Of a DNA stretch of 33,537 bases, positions 25,371-33,537 are shown piece by piece. The translations under genes and the position numbers were made by a program. The notes under the pieces were generated by a model. The model had not been told where the DNA came from, ran no database searches, and worked only from the letters and a program-made list of their open reading frames with translations. The DNA comes from Sphingobium sp. GTDB lineage: Bacteria; Pseudomonadota; Alphaproteobacteria; Sphingomonadales; Sphingomonadaceae. How positions within the stretch are numbered: the stretch's first letter is position 1; every line of letters begins with the position of its first letter. The stretch spans positions 1 through 33,537 of the forward strand of contig DASRXY010000061.1 in assembly GCA_035654035.1 (NCBI GenBank). Reading direction: 5' to 3'.

Positions 25371-28300
25371 TTGAAAACAAGTCATTCCACAATTGGCCAC
25401 ACGCTGCGCGTCGCCCTTCTGGCGACGACCGTGGGCCTGGGCGCGACGGCATGGTCCGTGCCGGCGCTCGCACAGGACGACCCGGCGGCCGAGCCGCAGG
25501 CGATCGTCATCACCGGTTCGCGCATCGTGCGTCCGGACTTCGAGTCCAACAGCCCGGTCGTGTCGGTGAACAAGGATCTGCTCCAGCAGACCTCCACCGC
25601 CGCGCTCGAAACCAGCCTCAACAAGCTGCCGCAGTTCACGCCGGCTCAGACGCCGAGCCTGGGCGCGGACATCCAGCCGACGGCGACCAACACGCCTGGC
25701 GCCGCCACCATCTCGCTGCGCGGTATCGGCTCCAACCGTAACCTCGTCTTGGTCGACGGCCGTCGTGCCACGCCGGGCAACGCCACGGGCACCATCGACA
25801 TCACGACGATCCCGTCCGCGGCGATCGAGCGCGTCGAAGTCATCTCGGGCGGCGCTTCGGCCACCTACGGCGCCGACGCCGTGGCCGGTGTCACGAACTT
25901 CATCCTGAAGAAGAACTTCCAGGGTCTGGAGCTCGATGGCCAGGTCAACATGACGCAGCGTGGCGATGGTCTGGAGTATCAGCTCTCCGGCATCATGGGC
26001 ACGGACTTCGACGACGGCCGCGGCAACATCAGCATCGCGATGTCGATGAACGAGCGTCATTCGAGCCTGCGTCGCGACCGCAAGTGGTATCGTGACCAGT
26101 GGGCCGACAAGGACATCAACGGCACGCAGTTCTTCACGCAGTACCCCGGCATCATGCTGGATGGCGTGAACGGTGCGAACCCGGCGGGCGCCCTGGCCGG
26201 CATGTTCCCCAACTCGACGCTGAGCCCCAACACCAACGGCACCACGGTGTTCTTTGACAGCAAGGGCAACGCCTTCGTCAACGGCACCTTCACCGATGCC
26301 AACGGCTATCACGCCAACTTCGAAGGGTTCACCGATCCCATCGACGGCTATCACCTCAAGGTCTCCAACGCCGGGACCATGAGCCAGAACAACACCGACC
26401 TGCAGCTCGTGCTGCCGCTGACGCGCTACAACTTCCTCGCCCGCGGCAACTACGAGATCAACGACTGGATCGGCGTGTTCGGCCAGGCGATGTTCAGCCA
26501 TGTCAGCACCGCGACCCGCAACGAGCCGGGCCCGATCACCGGCGGCTGGGGCGTGAACATCGACCCGACCAAGCTCGACCGGGATCAGCTCCCCGACGAC
26601 ATGTGGACGCTGCTCGACAGCCGCGCGAACCCGAACGCTCCGTTCGGCATGACCGCGCTGATGACCGATCCGCGTGAGACCTTCACGGACGTGACGACCT
26701 ACAACCTGGTCGCGGGTCTCCAGGGTAGCATCCCCAGCACCGACTGGACCTGGGATCTCTCGGTCAACCACGGTGTGTCGCAGACCTACGCGAAGCAGAC
26801 GGGCATCTATTCGCTCGAGCGTCTCCGCGCGGTCATCAGCTCCGATAACTTCGGCCAGGGCTTCTCGTCCACGGGCAACGCGGCCTTTGGTGGCTTCGGC
26901 GCTTCGACGGGCACCTGCACCAGCGGCCTCAACCTCTTCATCAAGCCGGCTGGCGGCTATTCGGACGATTGTCTCGAAGCCATCCGCGCTGACCTGAAGA
27001 ACCGCACCTTCGTCCGTCAGACGATCGTGGAAGCCAACATGCAGGGCAAGCTCATCGACCTGCCGGCCGGTGAACTGCGCGCCGCTCTGGGTGCCAGCAC
27101 GCGTACGCTGGACTTCGAGTTCACCAACGACACGCTGACGACGCAGGGTCGCTCGTTCATGGACCAGGCGCTGGGCATCTATCCCAGTGGCGACTCCGCG
27201 GGCTCCTACACGGCCAAGGAACTCTATGGCGAGTTGCTTGTCCCCGTCCTGGCTGACATTCCGGGCATCCGCAGCCTGAGCCTCGAGCTGGGCGGCCGTA
27301 TGTCTGACTACAGCACCACGGGCACGAGCTACACGTACAAGGTCCTGGGCGACTGGGAAGTGACGCGGTGGCTGCGCGTGCGCGGTGGCTACAACCGGGC
27401 TGAGCGTTCGCCGAACATCGCCGAGCTCTACCTGGCCAAGCAGCAGACCTTCGGCACCAACACCGTGGGCGACCTCTGCTCGCTGAAGAACCCGACGGCC
27501 TGGTCGGCGAACCCGGCGACCAACGCGGCGAACGCTGCTAATGTCGAGGCAACCTGCCGCGCCATGATGCCGAACGCGACGGCGGCGACCACCTACTATG
27601 CAGGTGCCGGTGCCAACGACAACGCGACCTTCGGCTTTGCCTGGCCGAGCGCCGAGGGCAATCCGAACCTGAAGCCGGAAAAGGCGGATACGTGGACGGC
27701 TGGCGTGGTGATCTCCTCGCCGTTCGACGCCCCGCTGCTCTCGCGCCTCCGCCTCACGGTCGATTACTATAACATCTCCGTGAAGGATGCGATCGGTCAG
27801 CAGTCCGTCGCTATCGCCCTGCGTTCCTGCTTCGACGCCAGCCTGAACCCGCTGATCTCGAGCAGCCCGGGCGCTGGTGCCGCGCAGTCGGCCGCTTGCC
27901 GTGCCATCACCCGCGACTCTGTCACCGGTGGTCTCGGCAACGTGAACCTGAGCTACGCCAACAACGGCCGCTTCAAGCTGGAAGGCATCGACAGCCAGCT
28001 CGATTGGTCGGCGCCGGTGGGCCCGGGTACGCTGGGTATCAACGCCCAGTTCACCTACCTGCTGCACTTCATGTCGGCCGAACTTCCGACCGACCCGATG
28101 CGCGATTATGCAGGCACCATGGGCCCGACGGCCAATGGTCTGAACGGCAACAACTATCGTTGGAAGCTGTTCACCAGTGCCAACTACAGCATCGGCAGCT
28201 TCATGCTGGGTCTGCAGTGGCAGCACCTGCCGGCGATCGAAGATGCCTCGGAAGCCATGTTCCACACCACCACGGTTGGCGCTCCGGCTTACGACATCTT

Positions 28301-28511
28301 CCACCTGAACGGCCGCTACAGCGTCACGCGTGACGTTGCCCTGCGCTTTGGTGTCGACAACCTGTTCGACAAGGCGCCGCCGCTCACCAACTACAACCCG
28401 GCAAACAGCACGCCTGCCACCAACGGTCAGCTCCGTGGCGGCAGCGTGGGTGGTCTGATGTATGACGACATCGGCCGTCGCTTCTACATCGGTGCGAACA
28501 TCAAGTTCTAA
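25371..28511 (+). CDS. TonB-dependent receptor
   Basis: TTG start after AAGGGGAG; signal peptide; TonB-box-like AIVITGSRI; plug motifs LVLVDGRR and IERVEVISGGASATYGADAVAGVTNFILK; GNPNLKPEKADT; NLFDK; C-terminal Phe. Confidence 0.96.
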   Translation: MKTSHSTIGHTLRVALLATTVGLGATAWSVPALAQDDPAAEPQAIVITGSRIVRPDFESNSPVVSVNKDLLQQTSTAALETSLNKLPQFTPAQTPSLGADIQPTATNTPGAATISLRGIGSNRNLVLVDGRRATPGNATGTIDITTIPSAAIERVEVISGGASATYGADAVAGVTNFILKKNFQGLELDGQVNMTQRGDGLEYQLSGIMGTDFDDGRGNISIAMSMNERHSSLRRDRKWYRDQWADKDINGTQFFTQYPGIMLDGVNGANPAGALAGMFPNSTLSPNTNGTTVFFDSKGNAFVNGTFTDANGYHANFEGFTDPIDGYHLKVSNAGTMSQNNTDLQLVLPLTRYNFLARGNYEINDWIGVFGQAMFSHVSTATRNEPGPITGGWGVNIDPTKLDRDQLPDDMWTLLDSRANPNAPFGMTALMTDPRETFTDVTTYNLVAGLQGSIPSTDWTWDLSVNHGVSQTYAKQTGIYSLERLRAVISSDNFGQGFSSTGNAAFGGFGASTGTCTSGLNLFIKPAGGYSDDCLEAIRADLKNRTFVRQTIVEANMQGKLIDLPAGELRAALGASTRTLDFEFTNDTLTTQGRSFMDQALGIYPSGDSAGSYTAKELYGELLVPVLADIPGIRSLSLELGGRMSDYSTTGTSYTYKVLGDWEVTRWLRVRGGYNRAERSPNIAELYLAKQQTFGTNTVGDLCSLKNPTAWSANPATNAANAANVEATCRAMMPNATAATTYYAGAGANDNATFGFAWPSAEGNPNLKPEKADTWTAGVVISSPFDAPLLSRLRLTVDYYNISVKDAIGQQSVAIALRSCFDASLNPLISSSPGAGAAQSAACRAITRDSVTGGLGNVNLSYANNGRFKLEGIDSQLDWSAPVGPGTLGINAQFTYLLHFMSAELPTDPMRDYAGTMGPTANGLNGNNYRWKLFTSANYSIGSFMLGLQWQHLPAIEDASEAMFHTTTVGAPAYDIFHLNGRYSVTRDVALRFGVDNLFDKAPPLTNYNPANSTPATNGQLRGGSVGGLMYDDIGRRFYIGANIKF

Positions 28512-28534
28512 TCCGAGAGAACACCAAAAGAATC

Positions 28535-28567
28535 AGGGCTCTCCCTTCGGGAGGGCCCTTTTTCTTT
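28535..28567 (+). terminator. Rho-independent terminator
   Basis: AGGGCTCTCCC-TTC-GGGAGGGCCCT followed by TTTTCTTT. Confidence 0.9.
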
Positions 28568-28726
28568 GGGCGCAATCCGGCGGGGTTTGACTGGACACGG
28601 GCCGCACAACAGCCCAGATTCAGGTGGTTCGTCGGGCGGAAGGGCCGGATTTGGGAGAGTTGGGGGCGATTGCCCCGCTGCTCCTCCCGCATAGGCAGCC
28701 GACTGGTCAAAGGAGAGGGAAGAGAC

Positions 28727-29716
28727 ATGGCAACAGTGGTTCGCGTCCATGAGCTGGGCGCGCCGGACAAGCTCCGGTTCGAGGAGATCGAAATCAGAGC
28801 GCCGGGGCCCGGAGAAGTACGCATCAAGGTGGAGGCGGTTGGCCTCAACCGATCGGAGGCCATGTATCGCGCCGGCCGCTATCCCATCAAACCCGAGCTG
28901 CCGACATTGATCGGCTATGAGGGCTGCGGCATCATCGAGGCATTGGGCGAGGGCGTCACCGGCTTCAAGGAAGGCGACCGGGTCTGCGTGCTGCCGCGCT
29001 TCCGTCTCGGCCAATATGGCCTCTGGGCGACGCAGGCCATTGTGCCGGCCTACTGCCTGGAACCCATCCCGGCAGGCCTGACGCCGGCCGAAGGCGCCGC
29101 CATCTGGATGCAGTATCTGACCGCCTTCGCCATCATCGAAGTGGCAGACGTAGGCGTCGGCGACGGCGTCATCATCCGCGCGGCATCATCGAGCGTGGGC
29201 CTTGCCGCCATTCAACTCGCCAACTGGGCCGGCGCCACGTCCATCGCGGCGACGCGGACCAGCGCCAAGGCCGAGGCGCTGCAGGCGCAGGGCGCAGCGC
29301 ATGTGATCGCCACCGAGGAGCAGGATCTGGTTGCCGAAGTGATGCGCATCACCAACGGCAAGGGCGCGCGCACCGCCTTCGATCCCGTGGGCGGCCCCTA
29401 TGTGGAGACGCTGGCGGCCGCACTGGCCGAGCGCGGCATTCTCTTCATCTATGGCGGCCTTTCGGAAACGGCCACGCCCTATCCGCACTGGCATGCCGCC
29501 TTCAAAGGTCTCTCGCTGCGCGGCTGGGTGGCCTCGGAAATCTGGAACCATCCCCATCGCTACCAGAATGCGAAGGAGCGCATTCTCGCCGGCCTCGCCC
29601 AGGGCAAGCTCAAGCCGGTGATTGATAGGACTTTTCGCTTCGACGCGCTGGTGGACGCCAATGCCTATCTGGAATCCAACCAGCAGGTGGGCAAGATCGT
29701 GGTGACGATGGCTTGA
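28727..29716 (+). CDS. MDR-superfamily NADPH:quinone oxidoreductase-like protein
   Basis: GLNRSE, GYEGCG, AASSSVGLAAIQ, FDPVGG, ESNQQVGKIVV; no catalytic Zn ligand pattern. Confidence 0.92.
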   Translation: MATVVRVHELGAPDKLRFEEIEIRAPGPGEVRIKVEAVGLNRSEAMYRAGRYPIKPELPTLIGYEGCGIIEALGEGVTGFKEGDRVCVLPRFRLGQYGLWATQAIVPAYCLEPIPAGLTPAEGAAIWMQYLTAFAIIEVADVGVGDGVIIRAASSSVGLAAIQLANWAGATSIAATRTSAKAEALQAQGAAHVIATEEQDLVAEVMRITNGKGARTAFDPVGGPYVETLAAALAERGILFIYGGLSETATPYPHWHAAFKGLSLRGWVASEIWNHPHRYQNAKERILAGLAQGKLKPVIDRTFRFDALVDANAYLESNQQVGKIVVTMA

Positions 29717-29758
29717 TGGAAGGCGCCGCGGGCGCGCGGTTCAGCGGCGCCTGCGGCC

Positions 29759-30003
29759 CCATCGGTGGCGGCGTTCATTGCGGGGCCGGACCGGCGGGGA
29801 AGCAGCCATCGTGGCCTCATCCCGTTTGGTCTGGGCCTGGCGAAAGGCATGTCTGTCGGCGCTCTGAGGATCGGAAGGCTCGCTGCCCTTCGAATCCAAA
29901 GGCCGGGGAAGGCTGGCCGAGCAGCGTTTGAATGAAGGCATGAAGGCCCGGCCTCATGCGAGGTATCGAGGTGCTTCGATTCCGGCCGGCCAGCCACCGA
30001 TGG
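29759..30003. other. Long imperfect foldback (~245 nt)
   Basis: Nested inverted repeats closed by perfect CCATCGGTGGC / GCCACCGATGG. Confidence 0.6.
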
Positions 30004-30188
30004 CGATTCGATGTGGGCGTCGACGGTCCGGAATCCCGGCCTGCGCCGGGTAACGGTGGGACCCAGGCATTCCCTGCGGCCAGATAGAAGCGGGATCGAC
30101 CAGCATCCGCTCGTCACCACAGGCATTGTCCACGCCGCTGGGGCATGGCCGCGGAGCGAGCGCTCCCCGTCATCCGGGTCGCTCGCGC

Positions 30189-31358
30189 CTATTCGGCCGC
30201 GATGGCATCCTCGTCAGCGGGGCGCGCGATGCCGTAGAGCTTGGCGGCGTTATCCCAGGTGATCTTGCGCACGAAATCCGGGTCCGCGCCCTTGGTGAAC
30301 TCGTCGATGGTCTTGCGGCTGTTGGGCCACACGCTGTCCGGGTGCGGATAGTCGGAAGCCCACAGCAGCTTGTCCTCGCCGTAGAAGTCCTTGAGCGCGA
30401 CGGCGGTGGGGTTGTTCTGGAAGGTGCCGTAGATCTGCCGCTTGAACAGTTCGGAGGGCTTCATCTTGTGCGGGATGCCGCCGCGCGCCGCCCAGAATTC
30501 CTCGCCTTCCCACAGGCGGAAATGGCGATAATCCAGCTCCTCGACCACCCAGGGCAGCCAGCCGATCCCGCTCTCGGCAATCACTACCTTGAGGCCGGGG
30601 TGGCGCTCGAGAATGCCCCAGGCGAACAGGTCCACGAAGGGATCGAGGAACTGCTCGACGAACATCTTCACATGCAGGAACGTGGCGCCGGGTGAGCCCT
30701 TATATTTGTCGAACGCGCGGCTGACGCTGGGGAAGACCGTGACGTGGAAGGAGAGCGCGATGTCCTGCGCCTCCAGCAGCGCGAACAGCGGTTCCCAGCG
30801 CGGATCCTCCAGCCGGGGCTCGGCGACGGCGATCTGGAGATTGGCCTGGCGGAAGCCGCCGAGCGCGACGATATGCTCCAGCTCGCGCACCGCCGCCTCG
30901 GGATGCGGCGGCAGCATGGGCACGCCGATCAGTCGCTGCGGCGCCACCGCGCAGAACTCGTGCAGCCATTCATTATAGACGGCATAGCAGGCGTCGCGCA
31001 GTTCCTCGTCTTCGATGACCAGCGAAGTCACCGGGCCGAAGATGACATGCGCATAGACCTCGTCCCGGTCCATGTCGGCGAGGCGCAGCTCGGGGACGGC
31101 GGGGCGGCGCTCGGTCAAATCCGTGATTCCGCCGCGATCCAGCGCCGTGAAAATGGGCTTGGGGCCACTGAAGCCGGATGGCAGGCCGGACCACAGGCCC
31201 CAGCTCTGGCCGTCGCACATCCACATGCCGCGCCCGTCGACCACCTCCACGCGTGGGCCGCGCGCACGCAGATGCTCGGGCAGACGCGTTTCCCACAGAT
31301 CGGCCGGAAGCTGGTTGAGATCCAGATGATCGTCGCAGGAAATGACGGGGTGTCGCAT
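30189..31358 (-). CDS. Amidohydrolase_2 family protein (LigW/ACMSD-like fold)
   Basis: ISCDDH, RLADMD.D.V, YNEWL.EFC, LSFH, ERHPGLKVVIAESGIGW, WASDYPH; RBS GAGGAG. Confidence 0.92.
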   Translation of the reverse strand: MRHPVISCDDHLDLNQLPADLWETRLPEHLRARGPRVEVVDGRGMWMCDGQSWGLWSGLPSGFSGPKPIFTALDRGGITDLTERRPAVPELRLADMDRDEVYAHVIFGPVTSLVIEDEELRDACYAVYNEWLHEFCAVAPQRLIGVPMLPPHPEAAVRELEHIVALGGFRQANLQIAVAEPRLEDPRWEPLFALLEAQDIALSFHVTVFPSVSRAFDKYKGSPGATFLHVKMFVEQFLDPFVDLFAWGILERHPGLKVVIAESGIGWLPWVVEELDYRHFRLWEGEEFWAARGGIPHKMKPSELFKRQIYGTFQNNPTAVALKDFYGEDKLLWASDYPHPDSVWPNSRKTIDEFTKGADPDFVRKITWDNAAKLYGIARPADEDAIAAE

Positions 31359-31641
31359 TGGCTTGCTCCTCATGCGCCCTTGCCGGGCGTCTGCTCTGCG
31401 GCCGTGCGCAAGGCGCCGCCGCGAAACGGTTTCAGGTGGACGATGGTTGCGCCATGCGCATGTCTGCAACGACGTGCACGGCAGGCAGCGTGATGGGCCG
31501 GTGGGCCTGCAACGGCGAACTCTCCCTGGCAGCAGCACGGCGCACGAGTCGCGAGCCGGCTAGTCGTTAGTGATCTAATCAATCTGCCCGTTCAGCCCGC
31601 GCGATGCAAGAGGGCCAGAGGCAACCATCGCCCGCAGAGGC

Positions 31642-32565
31642 TCAGCTGGCCGCAACACGTCTGGTCGGCGGGGGAATGAGCGTGCCGGCGGCGGCGCTGC
31701 ACTCCACGCCGGATTCGTTCACATTGGCGCGGCGCAAGTCGCGCTTGTAGCGCGTATAATCATATTCGGTGCCGCGATGGAGCGTGCAGCGATTGTCCCA
31801 GATGAGCAGATCGCCGGTCTGCCATCGATGCGCATAGATGAAGCGCGGCTGGCTGGCGAAGGCCAGCAATTCCTCCAGCAGCGCCGCGCCCGCCTCATCG
31901 TCCATGCCTTCAATGCGATAGGCATGGCTGCCCACGAACAGCGCTTTGCGGCCCGAGGCACTGGTCCGCACCAGCGGCTGCCAGGCGCCGGGAACCATCT
32001 GACGGATATGCTCGGCTTCTTCGCTCTCGACGCCGCCCTTGATGCGGCTGGCGGCGAAGCTGTGATGCGCCCGCAGCGGCGCGATGCGCGCCTTCGTCTC
32101 GGTCGGCAGCGCATCATAGACATGCCGCAGATCGACAAATTCGGTCTCGCCCTTCTCCGGCGTCACGATGACGCCGCGCAGCATCGACCATTTACTCGGC
32201 AGATCGTTGAAGGAGCTGTCAGCATGGAACAGCTCGTTCCCCTTTGAGAATTTGGCGCGCTGGGAGGCGGGATCGATGATCTCGCCATCGGGATCGAGAT
32301 TGGAGGCGTCGTAGAGCTCGGCGGCGATACGGCCGGGCTGGGCCTTGCGCGCGTCATAGCCCGGCGGCAGCTCCAGCGGGCCGAAGGCGCGGGCAAAGCG
32401 CAGATGATCCGCGTCGCTGATATGGCCCTGCCCGCGAATGCAGAGCACGGCATGCTCGGCCATCAGCTCCTCGACCAGCGCGACCAGCGCCGCATCCGGC
32501 GGCTGCGCCAGGTCCGCGCCGATCAGCTCGGCCGCAAAGATGTCGTGCAACCTGTTGACGTGCAT
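31642..32565 (-). CDS. TauD/TfdA-family Fe(II)/2-oxoglutarate dioxygenase
   Basis: GNELFHADSSF (HxD), GETEF.DLR..YD.L, HRWQTGDLLIWDNRCTLHR. Confidence 0.93.
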   Translation of the reverse strand: MHVNRLHDIFAAELIGADLAQPPDAALVALVEELMAEHAVLCIRGQGHISDADHLRFARAFGPLELPPGYDARKAQPGRIAAELYDASNLDPDGEIIDPASQRAKFSKGNELFHADSSFNDLPSKWSMLRGVIVTPEKGETEFVDLRHVYDALPTETKARIAPLRAHHSFAASRIKGGVESEEAEHIRQMVPGAWQPLVRTSASGRKALFVGSHAYRIEGMDDEAGAALLEELLAFASQPRFIYAHRWQTGDLLIWDNRCTLHRGTEYDYTRYKRDLRRANVNESGVECSAAAGTLIPPPTRRVAAS

Positions 32566-32612
32566 GCTTGCCCTCTCCCCCTGGGCAGCCACTCGATTGC
32601 GGCTTCGTTCTG

Positions 32613-32641
32613 ATACTATTCAGATTCTAATGATAACGCAA
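32613..32641 (-). promoter_or_regulatory. Sigma70-type promoter of the dioxygenase gene
   Basis: Minus strand TTGCGT-N17-TAGTAT in an AT-rich patch ~48 nt upstream of the ATG. Confidence 0.6.
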
Positions 32642-32701
32642 TTCCAATTATTGGAGGAATGCGGACGCGGGAGGGATCACGCCGACGCCGGCGAAAGCGG
32701 T

Positions 32702-33537
32702 TCAGGCCATTGCCCGATGCAGCGCCAGCACCGCCTCGGCAAAGGCAGCCGGCGTTTCCGCGGCGGGGTCATGACCGGCATCGGGCAGGACACGCCGCTC
32801 CACGAGCGCGGGGAAGTGCGCGCCCGGCTCGGCAGCCCCCAGCAGCGCATCGGCGCCACTGAGCAGCAGTGTGGGCACGCACACCGGCGGCGGCGGCAGA
32901 AGCGCGGCGTCGAGCGCGGCATAGCGCAGATCGCCCGCCGCCGCGCCAATGCGGTGGGCATAGCTGTGCCAGGCGACCTGCGCGAAATCGGGATTGTCGA
33001 ACGCGGGCGCCGTGCGCGCGAACAGCGCCTCGTCCACCAGACCCGGCGACCACAGCCGGCGCAGGTGCAGGCAGAGGTCACGCGGCCGCTCCGCCAGCGC
33101 GCGGCGACCCCGCTCCGACGCGAGATAATATTGATGCCAGAGCCGCTGCTCGAGCACCGCCGGCGCGGGACGCGCGGGATCGGCGAGGTCCTGGATCAGA
33201 TAACCGCCCACGGCGAGGAGCGCGGAAAAGCGATCAGGCCAGAGCGCGGCGCAGATGCAGGCCGCGCGCCCACCCCAATCGAAGCCGGCGACCAGCGCGC
33301 GGTCCACCCCAAGCGCGTCGATCAGCGCAAGGGCATCGGCGGCAAGCGCCGTCTGCTGGCCCGAGCGCATCGTGGCGGCATCGCGAAAGCGCGTGGGCCC
33401 GAAGCCGCGCAGCCACGGCGCGTAGCAGCGCAGCCCCGCGTGGGCGAGCAAGGCGGCCGCCGCGTCGAAGGACCGCGGATCATAAGGGAAGCCGTGGAGC
33501 AGCAGCACGGGCGGCCCATCGGACGGGCCCCAGCATT
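32702..33537 (-). CDS. Alpha/beta hydrolase, epoxide hydrolase-like (5' end outside the window)
   Basis: LLHGFP, LRGFGPT, nucleophile elbow GFDWGG (Asp), catalytic His in DAGH. Confidence 0.9.
   Translation of the reverse strand, partial: CWGPSDGPPVLLLHGFPYDPRSFDAAAALLAHAGLRCYAPWLRGFGPTRFRDAATMRSGQQTALAADALALIDALGVDRALVAGFDWGGRAACICAALWPDRFSALLAVGGYLIQDLADPARPAPAVLEQRLWHQYYLASERGRRALAERPRDLCLHLRRLWSPGLVDEALFARTAPAFDNPDFAQVAWHSYAHRIGAAAGDLRYAALDAALLPPPPVCVPTLLLSGADALLGAAEPGAHFPALVERRVLPDAGHDPAAETPAAFAEAVLALHRAMA

Noticed and set aside
25113..28304. 1063-aa minus-strand ORF
   Set aside because: Antisense shadow of the TonB receptor caused by GC-rich codon bias; no recognisable motifs.
32628..32650. 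Possible Fur box (AATGATAACGCAATT)
   Set aside because: Only one half resembles the consensus; better explained by the sigma70 promoter and adjacent dyad.

Overview
GC-rich alphaproteobacterial chromosome segment; gene content and order suggest Sphingomonadaceae (inference). About 1-21.3 kb is mostly housekeeping: serine hydrolase, CDF transporter, pdxH, DnaJ-class chaperone, yihY-fabI-GNAT-aroC, yjbQ, dicarboxylate/amino-acid symporter, ATM1-type ABC exporter, DsbA-like protein, L,D-transpeptidase-ribA-xth. Within it lies a phosphate module: a Nudix-DUF47 fusion that probably starts at a non-canonical ATT codon, a Pit transporter and a DUF2490 beta-barrel, with Pho-box-like repeats and a consensus sigma-EcfG promoter. 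About 21.4-22.2 kb is non-coding, with a candidate C-rich-loop sRNA, several palindromic repeats and an (AG)11 tract. About 22.2-33.5 kb is an accessory uptake/catabolic region: a TetR-MarR-MarR triple-domain regulator, an exported Cys-motif protein, a TonB-dependent receptor behind a ~780-bp structured intergenic region, an MDR oxidoreductase, a ~245-nt foldback, an amidohydrolase, a TauD/TfdA dioxygenase and an alpha/beta hydrolase. I saw no rRNA, tRNA, CRISPR array or transposase. All family assignments come from recognising motifs by eye; no searches were run.
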